IMG/VR virus record: IMGVR_UViG_3300015171_000001
Coordinates: 64,001 to 128,000 of that record
Length of the DNA: 64,000 nucleotides
Source of the DNA: a virus
Strand: one strand, 5' to 3'
Shown here: one piece after another, positions 42,093 to 50,696 of the stretch
Layout of the letters: the number at the start of each line of letters is the position of its first letter
How positions within the stretch are numbered: the stretch's first letter is position 1
The notes under the pieces: generated by a model
The model's database searches: none
Told to the model about the DNA's origin: nothing
What the model saw: only the letters and a program-made list of their open reading frames with translations
Made by a program: the position numbers and the translations under genes

Positions 42093-42322
42093 TTATAATT
42101 AAAATAATTCTAAAATCGGTTTTAAGCGTTATAATTAATGAAATGGTGTCTTCATATTGAATTCTGTTAAAAATGTCACCTTGGTACATCCTGAGCCAAA
42201 TAAACGGCAGTTGACAACTGATATTAAATTGCAAAACAATGACACCTTGAAAAATGAATTATTTAATTTAAATAAATTTTTGTTTTTTATAAATTATTTA
42301 TTACTAATTATAAGAATATTAT

Positions 42323-42462
42323 TAATTTATTATTATTAATTTATTATTATTAATTTATTAATTTATTAATTTATTAATTTATTAATTTATTAATTTATTA
42401 ATTTATTAATTTATTAATTTATTAATTTATTAATTTATTAATTTATTAATTTATTAATTTAT
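42323..42462. repeat. AT-only tandem repeat in a ~525-bp intergenic region
   Basis: 2 x TAATTTATTATTAT then 14 x TAATTTAT (42351-42462); no G or C from 42315 to 42473. Confidence 0.95.
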
Positions 42463-42601
42463 TATTATTAATACAAATAATTGTAAAATATAATAATTAA
42501 CGAGTCAAGTTAAAATAAATATTTATTGTGTTTTTTCTGAAAATTCCAGATTGAATTTTCCATATTTGAATTCCCAATCGTTGTTAATTAATTTAGAGTT
42601 A

Positions 42602-42609
42602 TATTTATA
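42602..42609 (+). promoter_or_regulatory. TATTTATA motif, putative phage late promoter (representative copy)
   Basis: Same octamer upstream of starts at 10593, 14690, 23630, 25409, 27893, 31877, 33578, 49598, 50682, 53551, 62477. Confidence 0.6.
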
Positions 42610-42618
42610 ACATACGAT

Positions 42619-43899
42619 ATGATCAGAGAAAATACATTTAAAATATATGGGAATAATCTAAATCCAAAAATTTGGAAATCTGATGGGACTATAAAAACAG
42701 AAATTAGAGAAAAATTATTAGAAATTGCTGATAATTTTTATAAAGATTTAGAATTCAATTTTCCTTATTCAGATATTTTATTATTAGGATCTAATGCAAA
42801 TTATGATTGGAATGAATTTTCAGACATAGATTTGCATATTTTAATTGATAGTAAAAAACTAGGTATTAATGATAAATATATACAACCATTCTTGGATGGA
42901 TTGAAAGATAAATGGAATATTAAACACAAAATAACTTTACACGATATTCCTGTCGAAATGTATATTCAAAATATTGATGATAAAAATGCTGCTCTTGGAA
43001 TATTTTCTTTATTGAATAATAAATGGATTAAATTTCCAAAAAAACAAAAAATTTCATTTAATAAAGAAAAAGTAAAAGAAGATTTTAAAAATATAACTGG
43101 GATCATCAATCATATTATAAATAATAATGAATTAGAAAAAGGAAAAAAATTAGAAGATAAAATTTGGGAAATTAGAAAACAAGGATTGGGAAATAGAGGA
43201 GAATTTTCTGATGGAAATATTTTATTTAAATTATTAAGAAGTTCTGGTTATATTAAAAAACTTATAGATTTTACAAATAAGTCATATGATGAGAAAGAAT
43301 CTTTAAAAGAAAAAATTATTGGAGAAGGACTTAATGATCCACATATATTTAAAGCTATATTTATGGCAGGAATTCCTGGTGCCGGAAAAACAGAAGTATC
43401 AAAATATATTAAAGGTGGAACTGGATTGAAAGTAGTAAATATTGATATTTTTAATGAATGGTATTTGAAAAATAAAAAAGCAATTGATTTTGATAAATTT
43501 GATCAATTAATTAATTCTCAATTAAGTACATATATTCAAGGACATTTAGGACTTATTATAGATAAAACTTCCAGTGATTTTGATATGACATTAAAAACCA
43601 AAGAATCTCTTGAATTATTTGGATATGATACCGCTATGATATTTGTCACTGCTGATTTAGAAATAGCAAAACAAAGAGTAATTAATAGACAAAAAGAAAA
43701 TGGGAGAGAGGTAGATACTGATTATATTGATAAAGTCCACACAGCTTTGCAAAAAAGTATAGAGAAGTATACAAAAATTTTTAAAAATAATTTATTTATT
43801 ATAGATAATACAGAAAATATTGATTTTGGTAGATTAAATAAACAAGTTAATAAATTTATTAATTCCCCTGTTAAAAATCCTCTGAGCAAAATTAATTAA
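42619..43899 (+). CDS. Pol-beta-family nucleotidyltransferase fused to a P-loop kinase (AAA_33/zeta-toxin-like)
   Basis: LLGSNANYDWNEFSDIDLHI and VEMY; then KAIFMAGIPGAGKT, LIIDKT, RVINR..ENGREV. Confidence 0.75.
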   Translation: MIRENTFKIYGNNLNPKIWKSDGTIKTEIREKLLEIADNFYKDLEFNFPYSDILLLGSNANYDWNEFSDIDLHILIDSKKLGINDKYIQPFLDGLKDKWNIKHKITLHDIPVEMYIQNIDDKNAALGIFSLLNNKWIKFPKKQKISFNKEKVKEDFKNITGIINHIINNNELEKGKKLEDKIWEIRKQGLGNRGEFSDGNILFKLLRSSGYIKKLIDFTNKSYDEKESLKEKIIGEGLNDPHIFKAIFMAGIPGAGKTEVSKYIKGGTGLKVVNIDIFNEWYLKNKKAIDFDKFDQLINSQLSTYIQGHLGLIIDKTSSDFDMTLKTKESLELFGYDTAMIFVTADLEIAKQRVINRQKENGREVDTDYIDKVHTALQKSIEKYTKIFKNNLFIIDNTENIDFGRLNKQVNKFINSPVKNPLSKIN

Positions 43900-43900
43900 T

Positions 43901-44665
43901 ATGAAATTAAAAACACTTTTAACCGAAATTGAGTCTGAACAAGATCAAATATCAATTCTAAAAAAAGAATGCCCATTTGCTATTGAAATATATAAAAAAT
44001 TTAATTATTTGTTTTTTAGAGGATCAAAAAATGTTTCTGTATTTGAAAAAATAAAACCTCTAGTTAATAGATTATCAAGAGATTCTTCTAATGTTGCTAA
44101 TTTATTATTTGATAATAATAAAGACAATTCTTCCTATCAAAAAAGATCGAGTTCTATTATTTTTTCTGGAATTAAAAGAGTTGCTGAAATTTATGGGAAT
44201 GTACATGTGTTTTTTCCAAAAGGAAATGCAAAAATAACATTTTCTAAAAGTGATTTTATATATACAAAATTAATAAATGTTCCTATGATATTAGATACAT
44301 TTGGAAATGAGACTTTTAATTTTTTGTTTGATATTATAGCACCAGAACAAACAAAAGCAACTAGTTTTGAACAACTTGTTAAATATTTTAAAATAATAGA
44401 CACGATGGACAAAAAACATTTATCCGAAATGACTTTCTCCAATACTAAATTTCAAGAATTTGTGTATAAGCCGTTTATAAAAAATAATGTTAAAAATTCA
44501 TATGATTATTTTTCTAGTTTTGTTTCTAATAAAAATTTGAATTTCGTGGGGAATATATTAATGTCTGAATTGAATAATATAAAACATCCCGAATTGTGGA
44601 CACAAGAAGAAGGATATATGATAGATTTTAAACATTTTTATGATAATTTGAGAAATAAATTATGA
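43901..44665 (+). CDS. Putative ADP-ribosyltransferase-fold protein, paralog 1
   Basis: FFRG, NLLFDNN, KRSSSIIFS, YG, ELWTQE; leader MKLKTLLTE. Confidence 0.5.
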   Translation: MKLKTLLTEIESEQDQISILKKECPFAIEIYKKFNYLFFRGSKNVSVFEKIKPLVNRLSRDSSNVANLLFDNNKDNSSYQKRSSSIIFSGIKRVAEIYGNVHVFFPKGNAKITFSKSDFIYTKLINVPMILDTFGNETFNFLFDIIAPEQTKATSFEQLVKYFKIIDTMDKKHLSEMTFSNTKFQEFVYKPFIKNNVKNSYDYFSSFVSNKNLNFVGNILMSELNNIKHPELWTQEEGYMIDFKHFYDNLRNKL

Positions 44666-45447
44666 TTAAGTTAAAAAATATACTCAGAGAAATTCAAGAA
44701 GTAGATCAACATGTTGCCTTGTTACAAAGGGATTGTGGATTAGCAATTCAAAAAATTGTAAATGAACATTTGGTATTTTATAGAGGAGAAAAGGGTTCTG
44801 AATTTTTTATAGAAAGGACCGCAAGACCTAGAGTTAGTTTGGATGGGCCCAATATAGCCAATTTATTATTTGATAACAATCCCGATAATGTACATTATAC
44901 AAAAAGAGGGAAGTGTTTGATTTTTAGTTCTAACCAAGAGACTGCTAAACAATTTGGTCATTTACATGTTTTTATTCCAAAAGGAAATCCTTCTATATCA
45001 TATATAAAAAGAGATTTTGTTGACTGTTATTTAATAAATCCTCCTCTAACAATATCCTATTTGGATAATATTAGCTATATTTTTCGTAAAATACTTGATA
45101 CTCCTGTAAAAATAAGGACAGTTGATTTCATAAAGAATGCTTGTAAATTTATAGATGATCATCCATTATTTAATGAAGAAGAAGAGGCTCTATCAATGTT
45201 AAAACGTTTGTATATGACCGAGGTGCATTTTACTGAGTGGATACTTCCTGTTTTATTGGGAGACGTAAAAAATTCTTATGAATATTTTTTGGAAAGCGCG
45301 TCTTATGAAAATATTTCAGACACAAATGGAAATAAAAATTTATCAGAATTTCGCAAAACTGATATATTTGACGAATTTTGGTCAGATTGTTCTGGTTATC
45401 TTATAAACAACGATTATTTTGTAAATTCTATTTTTCCAAAATTATGA
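44662..45447 (+). CDS. Putative ADP-ribosyltransferase-fold protein, paralog 2
   Basis: FYRG, NLLFDNN, KRGKCLIFS, FG, EFWSD; leader MIKLKNILRE. Confidence 0.5.
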   Translation: MIKLKNILREIQEVDQHVALLQRDCGLAIQKIVNEHLVFYRGEKGSEFFIERTARPRVSLDGPNIANLLFDNNPDNVHYTKRGKCLIFSSNQETAKQFGHLHVFIPKGNPSISYIKRDFVDCYLINPPLTISYLDNISYIFRKILDTPVKIRTVDFIKNACKFIDDHPLFNEEEEALSMLKRLYMTEVHFTEWILPVLLGDVKNSYEYFLESASYENISDTNGNKNLSEFRKTDIFDEFWSDCSGYLINNDYFVNSIFPKL

Positions 45448-46217
45448 AATTAATGTCCATTTTAAATAATATTAGATTAGTGGAATCTTATCAGCATATT
45501 GATATAAAGGATAAGTCAAATCATGATAATTTTATAAATGAATTTCATTCAAAATGTCAAGTGGCCATAAACAAATATAAAGAAGGTGTTAGATTTTATA
45601 GAGGATTTCCGGCTCCAGAAAAAGATATTGTATATTATATAGATCCCACAAATTATACGAGAAAAGCATCAGAAACGCATAATTATATAAATTTATTATT
45701 TGATAATAATGCAGAATTGGGTCATGTTGGTAAAAGAAGCAAATCTGTAATAACTTGTACAGATTTTGGACAATCAGATAGATATGGAAAATCATACATT
45801 ATTTTTCCAATAGGAGATCCATATATGTCATATGGAAAATCTCCAGACTTTTGGTATAACTTTGAGAACACAATTGGCCACGTCGATGTAGTAAATTCCG
45901 AAATTAAGAGTATTTTAACCGACGCGCATCAAGATACAAATGATTCGGATATTAATATATTAAAAAAATCATTGAGAAAAGCACAAGAAATTTTGAAATA
46001 TAGAGGGGAAGATGAAGAAGTTCAGTATTCTACAGAAGATTATTTTACCGAAGATAAAGATATAGTTGAGAATTTTTTTGATAGATTAAATCCACAAAAA
46101 AATGGAATAGAATCAAAAAAATTATCGACAATGGGAAGAATGACTAGAAAAGAAATTTGGACAGAAGTACCGTGTTATGCAATAGATTATTATAAAATAT
46201 ATCAAATATTACCATGA
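45444..46217 (+). CDS. Putative ADP-ribosyltransferase-fold protein, paralog 3
   Basis: Start moved to the ATGA overlap at 45444 (MKLMSILNNIRLVE); FYRG, NLLFDNN, KRSKSVITCT, YG, EIWTE. Confidence 0.5.
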   Translation: MKLMSILNNIRLVESYQHIDIKDKSNHDNFINEFHSKCQVAINKYKEGVRFYRGFPAPEKDIVYYIDPTNYTRKASETHNYINLLFDNNAELGHVGKRSKSVITCTDFGQSDRYGKSYIIFPIGDPYMSYGKSPDFWYNFENTIGHVDVVNSEIKSILTDAHQDTNDSDINILKKSLRKAQEILKYRGEDEEVQYSTEDYFTEDKDIVENFFDRLNPQKNGIESKKLSTMGRMTRKEIWTEVPCYAIDYYKIYQILP

Positions 46218-46987
46218 AACTAAAATCTATATTAAAAGAAGTTATATCAAAACAAGAAGTTGAACAACAAAGTTCTTTAGCAATTCAAAAGGCTAGGGAA
46301 GGAGTTTTATTATTTCGTGGGGACAAATCAGAAGAAAAATTTTTCTATAGAGATCCATCAACTAGAGTTAGAAAATCATTGTCTGGTTATAATATTGTAA
46401 ATTTATTATTTGATAATAATCCACATTTAGAACATGCTCAAAAAAGAAGTAAGTCTATTATATTTTCAAGACAACAGGACATTGCTAATTATTATGGAAA
46501 TAAATACATTGTTCTTCCAACACAAGATCCTTATATTTCTTTTATTAATGAAGACTTTGTTTATATAAAACCAAAAATAAGTGGAAGCACTATGAATAAT
46601 AGTGCATTTGAATTACATTTATTATCTATAGCAAATATTTGTGGACATGATAATAGATTGTTTGATACATTTGATGAGGTTAGAGCATGTATTCAAAGTA
46701 TTGATAAAAATATAAAACCAATGAAATTTGATCGCACACAGAATTATTCAATACTTTGGAATTTTTGTTTAAAAAATAAAGGACATTTATTGCAATCTAT
46801 TTTTGAAGTATTTTCTCCAAAAGGACTTGGGGTAACAACAAAAAAATTATCTCAATTAACAAAGTCTGATAATTTCTTAGAAGGTTGGACTGAACAATCA
46901 TGTTGGTTTATTAATAATGTTGAATTAAAAAATGAGTTTGGGGTAAAATTTAAAGATAATAAAAAAACCTCGTCAAAATATGTTTGA
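46214..46987 (+). CDS. Putative ADP-ribosyltransferase-fold protein, paralog 4
   Basis: LFRG, NLLFDNN, KRSKSIIFS, YG, EGWTE; leader MKLKSILKE. Confidence 0.5.
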   Translation: MKLKSILKEVISKQEVEQQSSLAIQKAREGVLLFRGDKSEEKFFYRDPSTRVRKSLSGYNIVNLLFDNNPHLEHAQKRSKSIIFSRQQDIANYYGNKYIVLPTQDPYISFINEDFVYIKPKISGSTMNNSAFELHLLSIANICGHDNRLFDTFDEVRACIQSIDKNIKPMKFDRTQNYSILWNFCLKNKGHLLQSIFEVFSPKGLGVTTKKLSQLTKSDNFLEGWTEQSCWFINNVELKNEFGVKFKDNKKTSSKYV

Positions 46988-47011
46988 CAAGAAGTATCAA
47001 TTGGTTATAAT
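46984..47011 (+). promoter_or_regulatory. sigma70-type promoter, leaderless spacing
   Basis: TTGACA-16 nt-TATAAT; ATG 47018 follows 6 nt later. Confidence 0.75.
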
Positions 47012-47017
47012 ATTTTA

Positions 47018-47182
47018 ATGAAATTTTATACGGGAATAGGTAGTAGAAAAACGCCTATTGATATTAAGACGTTAATTATTAATATTACTAAAACACTTGC
47101 CAATAATTCTTATATTTTAAGAAGTGGAGGTGCCGATGGAGCAAATTTGTTTTTTGAAGAAACTAGAAAAAAGTTTATGTGA
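47018..47182 (+). pseudogene. Truncated SLOG/DprA-like gene (54 codons, below the ORF-track cutoff)
   Basis: MKFYTGIGSRKTP...LANNSYILRSGGADGANLFFE then early stop overlapping the next GTG. Confidence 0.65.
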
Positions 47183-47811
47183 AAGAGAATTTAAAAAAAG
47201 TTAAATTTCTTAGATTTGGTGGATTATCTCCAGTTATCCAATATGGATATGGAAATAATACTTTTCATGCACCACCAGCAAAAAAAGGTATTTATGCTTT
47301 CCCATATCCATTTATAGAATGGTTTTTGCTCGGGGGTAATTATGCAGATCCAAAAAAATCTATTGTAAAAAATCCAACAAATAGAATTCAATATCTTAGA
47401 GATAAAAAAGGAAATTTAATTGATACTAATCATCCCGATTATGAAAAACATTCTGCCTGTGACAAAAATTGGACGGCAGATAGAAGAAAAACAGAAGAAG
47501 ATGATTTTTATGGTGTTTTATATCGTCCAAGTTCTAGAAAAATTTTCGAGTATAAAGGCGACATTTGGCATCACTTAGAATGTAAAAATAATTTTGTGGT
47601 CAATAGACATAATGACTGGATTTTAACTAATTATAAAAACTATACAGATTGTTTATCAAAGCATATTCATAAACAAAAGTTTGATAGAATGCATGGCAAG
47701 TTTATGTGGTTAGATTCTAAAACTTGTTTTGGAGGAAATACAGTATTAAAAGCTCCACAATCTTTTTTTAATAAAGATGACATTGAGGTTTTTATTGAAA
47801 GAATAAAATAA
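47179..47811 (+). CDS. Hypothetical protein
   Basis: 210 aa, RFGGLSP...FHAPPAKKGIYAFP...IEVFIE. Confidence 0.55.
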   Translation: MKENLKKVKFLRFGGLSPVIQYGYGNNTFHAPPAKKGIYAFPYPFIEWFLLGGNYADPKKSIVKNPTNRIQYLRDKKGNLIDTNHPDYEKHSACDKNWTADRRKTEEDDFYGVLYRPSSRKIFEYKGDIWHHLECKNNFVVNRHNDWILTNYKNYTDCLSKHIHKQKFDRMHGKFMWLDSKTCFGGNTVLKAPQSFFNKDDIEVFIERIK

Positions 47812-47814
47812 ATG

Positions 47815-47842
47815 TTGACTTTTTGTGAATTTATATTATAAT
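47815..47842 (+). promoter_or_regulatory. sigma70-type promoter, leaderless spacing
   Basis: TTGACT-16 nt-TATAAT; ATG 47850 follows 7 nt later. Confidence 0.65.
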
Positions 47843-47849
47843 AAATAAT

Positions 47850-48038
47850 ATGAATTATTTAAATGAAAGATTGTTGAGAATGTTTGTAGAAGATAGATTT
47901 TTAGAAGATATGAAGAAATTTAATATAATTTCTAAAGATATTATAAATTCTTTAAAGAATAAAATTATACACCACGAAGGTAATAGACGGTTGGTAGTTA
48001 ATAATAGAATAATCGAAGCATATCCAGAACTATTGTGA
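47850..48038 (+). CDS. Small hypothetical protein
   Basis: 62-aa ORF behind its own promoter. Confidence 0.45.
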   Translation: MNYLNERLLRMFVEDRFLEDMKKFNIISKDIINSLKNKIIHHEGNRRLVVNNRIIEAYPELL

Positions 48039-49523
48039 AATTGGATTGTTCCATATCCATTTAGAATCTCCACAATCCCATATTCTATCCCAATTGTTAT
48101 TTCTCATATTTTCCCATTCGGATAAATTTTCATCAAAATTATTGACAATATCTTTTAATTTGTTTTTTGTAAAATACATTTTTGGATATGCTTCTTTGTA
48201 ATCATCTGTGTAATAATATCTTGGAAGTGTATTGTCAAAAAATACAAATCCTAATTTTGAATAAACTTCCCCAGTAAAAAATCGGCGGTCACTAAAAGAT
48301 ACTACACTATTTGGATTATAATTTTTAATAAAATGTTTGAATATTTTACTAATCCCACCAATAATAATTGTATTTAATTTACAACAATACCTACTAACTT
48401 CCCATTCTATTTGTTGATTAAATTTGCTCTTACAAAGTGTCATTAAACTAACTAACTCGTCTTTATAATATAATCCCAACTTAACTCCACTCTTATCTTC
48501 ACCATTTAAATCATTGTTTTCTAGAAATGTACTACTATCAATATTATCCACTTCTTTAATTACACATTTTCTAGCACCTATTTTATTTGATATGTTGCCC
48601 AATTTATTATTTATAATAGATTTTATTATTTCTGTTTTGTTTTGCCAATCGTCACTCTGAATCTGTAATAAGGTAATTCCATTGATAATACATTTTTTTA
48701 ATTTGTTTAAATGATATACCTTATTCTTTTTTCCGCCAATTTCACTGTGCCAATATATTCCATTATATTCTAATGCAATTTTTTTTGTGGGTATATAGAA
48801 ATCTAATTCTTTTCCAGATAATATTTCTCTATCTCTTCTTGCAATAATTTCTTTTGTTGCCTCAGATAAAAATAAAAATAATTCATTCTCGGCTTTCATT
48901 CTATATGGATTGCATTTTTCACAAAATATGTTGTTTGTGTTGTATGCTGTAATATAAAAAGTCAAGTCGCATACATTACATTTAACTGGATATTTATTCT
49001 TCCAGTTATATCCTTTGTAGTCAGATATTTGAAAAAGTTCTGTCAGTTTTTCTTTTTTTAAAATAGATATTATTTTGTGATAATTATTATCTCTTCTAGT
49101 TTGATTTTCTTTTTTTTTAAAAGCCTCTACTTTTGCAGCATTATCTACTCCATATCTTTCCAATAAAGTAGATTCACATTTTTCTAGATTATTATAATTC
49201 TCGTCTCCATATCTTTCTAATTTGGTGGATTTTACTTTATTAATATAATCTGGATGTTTGCTATAATGGTCCACCCCATATTTTTCCAATAAAGATTTTT
49301 TTAAACTTTCTTTTCCGACATTACATTGCATGTGATGTCCACCATAATTTTTCAATAAAGTTTTTTTAACACCATCTCTATTTTTTTGTTTTATAATAGG
49401 ATTTGAACTAGAACACTTTTTAGAGCAAAATACTCTTTTTCTAATTTTTGGACTCTCAAAATTTATTCCACATGTTAAACATGGTTTAGTTTCATTGGTG
49501 TTTGGATCTTTTTTTCTAGGCAT
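48030..49523 (-). CDS. KYGVD-repeat PD-(D/E)XK endonuclease (Hef-like) with C-terminal GNAT/Mom-like domain
   Basis: Likely start MPRKKDP at 49523; CxxC fingers, (K/R)YG repeats, ELDFYIPTKKIALEYNGIYWH; C-domain IGARKC...ELVSLMT...EVSRYC...GGISK...SFSDRR...YSKLGF...RIWDCG. Confidence 0.75.
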   Translation of the reverse strand: MPRKKDPNTNETKPCLTCGINFESPKIRKRVFCSKKCSSSNPIIKQKNRDGVKKTLLKNYGGHHMQCNVGKESLKKSLLEKYGVDHYSKHPDYINKVKSTKLERYGDENYNNLEKCESTLLERYGVDNAAKVEAFKKKENQTRRDNNYHKIISILKKEKLTELFQISDYKGYNWKNKYPVKCNVCDLTFYITAYNTNNIFCEKCNPYRMKAENELFLFLSEATKEIIARRDREILSGKELDFYIPTKKIALEYNGIYWHSEIGGKKNKVYHLNKLKKCIINGITLLQIQSDDWQNKTEIIKSIINNKLGNISNKIGARKCVIKEVDNIDSSTFLENNDLNGEDKSGVKLGLYYKDELVSLMTLCKSKFNQQIEWEVSRYCCKLNTIIIGGISKIFKHFIKNYNPNSVVSFSDRRFFTGEVYSKLGFVFFDNTLPRYYYTDDYKEAYPKMYFTKNKLKDIVNNFDENLSEWENMRNNNWDRIWDCGDSKWIWNNPISQ

Positions 49524-49639
49524 ATATGTGTTTAGTTCTAATATAGCCAATATATTACTCTATTTTTCAAAACATGTCTATTTATTTTAATAATTATTAT
49601 TTATAATAGAACAAACAACTAAATTAACTTGACAAATAT

Positions 49640-50128
49640 ATGGCACAACTGATAGAATCCAATGAAATATTCTTTACGGCATTCGAGCCAAAAGTGAGTA
49701 ACCGCTTTATCATGTACATTGATGGAGTACCTGCTTTCTTGATCAAAGGCGTAAAAAGACCCTCAATCAATCTTAACACAATAAAACTAGACCACATCAA
49801 CATTTATCGTAAATTAAAAGGTAAAGCAGAGTGGGAAGATGTGTCTTTAACTTTGTACGATCCCGTATCACCATCTGGCGCACAAACAGTAATGGAATGG
49901 ATTAGATTATCACACGAATCGGTGTCGGGCCGAGATGGGTATGGGGACTTCTATAAAAAGGATGTATCTATTCAAGTATTAGGTCCCGTGGGAGATGTTG
50001 TAGAAGAATGGACCCTTAAGGGGGCCTTTGTGTCTGCTGCTGAATTTGGAGAACTTAATTGGGAAACCGGCGATCCAATCATGATTAATGTAACGCTCTC
50101 GATGGATTATTGCATACTTCAATTCTAG
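49640..50128 (+). CDS. Tail tube protein (T4 gp19-like)
   Basis: FEPKVSNRF, GKAEWEDVSLTLYDP, VMEW, YKKD, GDVVEEWTLKGAF. Confidence 0.92.
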   Translation: MAQLIESNEIFFTAFEPKVSNRFIMYIDGVPAFLIKGVKRPSINLNTIKLDHINIYRKLKGKAEWEDVSLTLYDPVSPSGAQTVMEWIRLSHESVSGRDGYGDFYKKDVSIQVLGPVGDVVEEWTLKGAFVSAAEFGELNWETGDPIMINVTLSMDYCILQF

Positions 50129-50147
50129 TTTTTTATGTGAGTTTTAT

Positions 50148-50164
50148 AATCAATTACTTACAAA
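50148..50164 (+). promoter_or_regulatory. Conserved 17-bp motif after the tube gene
   Basis: AATCAATTACTTACAAA. Confidence 0.55.
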
Positions 50165-50166
50165 AT

Positions 50167-50201
50167 AAAAAGACCAAATTTTAATTAATTTGGTCTTTTT
50201 T
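50167..50201 (+). terminator. Intrinsic terminator after the tube gene
   Basis: AAAAAGACCAAATT-TTAATT-AATTTGGTCTTTTTT. Confidence 0.85.
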
Positions 50202-50491
50202 ATTAATTACTTGAATAGATTGCCGCGAGAGTGTCTTACAACATTTCACAAAATAAATAGAAAATTATTGTTTTTATAAGAAATTTGATCTATATATTTC
50301 CGAAAGTTTCAAGATTAAAACAAAAGGTTTTTGGATTTGATCACAAAAAATTTCAATTTTTTGCTCGTGTTAAAATTTGAGATGATCTTTTTAACAGATT
50401 TGATCGCAAGATCAAATCGGAGAGGAGCCTAGAGTCCCTCTTGTCCAAAGAAGTAGAATAAATTTCTATGAAATTTTCAACTCTGTGCTAG

Positions 50492-50692
50492 AGATGGTTA
50501 TCCAAATTTATATACTCCGAAATTTATTTTAGAAAACAAATATTAAAACAAAAATTATCCATATTTGATAAAGATCTTACTGAATGGGGAAACATGAAAT
50601 TGAATGGATATGATAGAATTTTGGACTGTGGCAATATTAAATACGAAATGATTTTTAATAGATTAATTCTATACTCTCATATATTTATATGA
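50492..50692 (+). pseudogene. C-terminal remnant of a Hef-like endonuclease
   Basis: Frame with no upstream start reading FRKQILKQKLSIFDKDLTEWGNMKLNGYDRILDCGN, matching FDENLSEWENMRNNNWDRIWDCGD of 48030..49523. Confidence 0.75.
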
Positions 50693-50696
50693 ACAT

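Noticed and set aside
42157-42339. 60-aa ORF in the intergenic gap
   Set aside because: TTG start, runs into the AT repeat, low-complexity product
42315-42473. Tandem repeat as a CRISPR array
   Set aside because: 8-bp units with no spacers and no cas genes
46995-47007. Fourth IHF-consensus match (TATCAATTGGTTA)
   Set aside because: Matches only the loose consensus, not the extended 17-bp motif; plausible by chance in AT-rich DNA
50380-50500. tRNA or group I intron call
   Set aside because: No cloverleaf/T-loop or recognisable intron core; kept only as an unassigned structured scar
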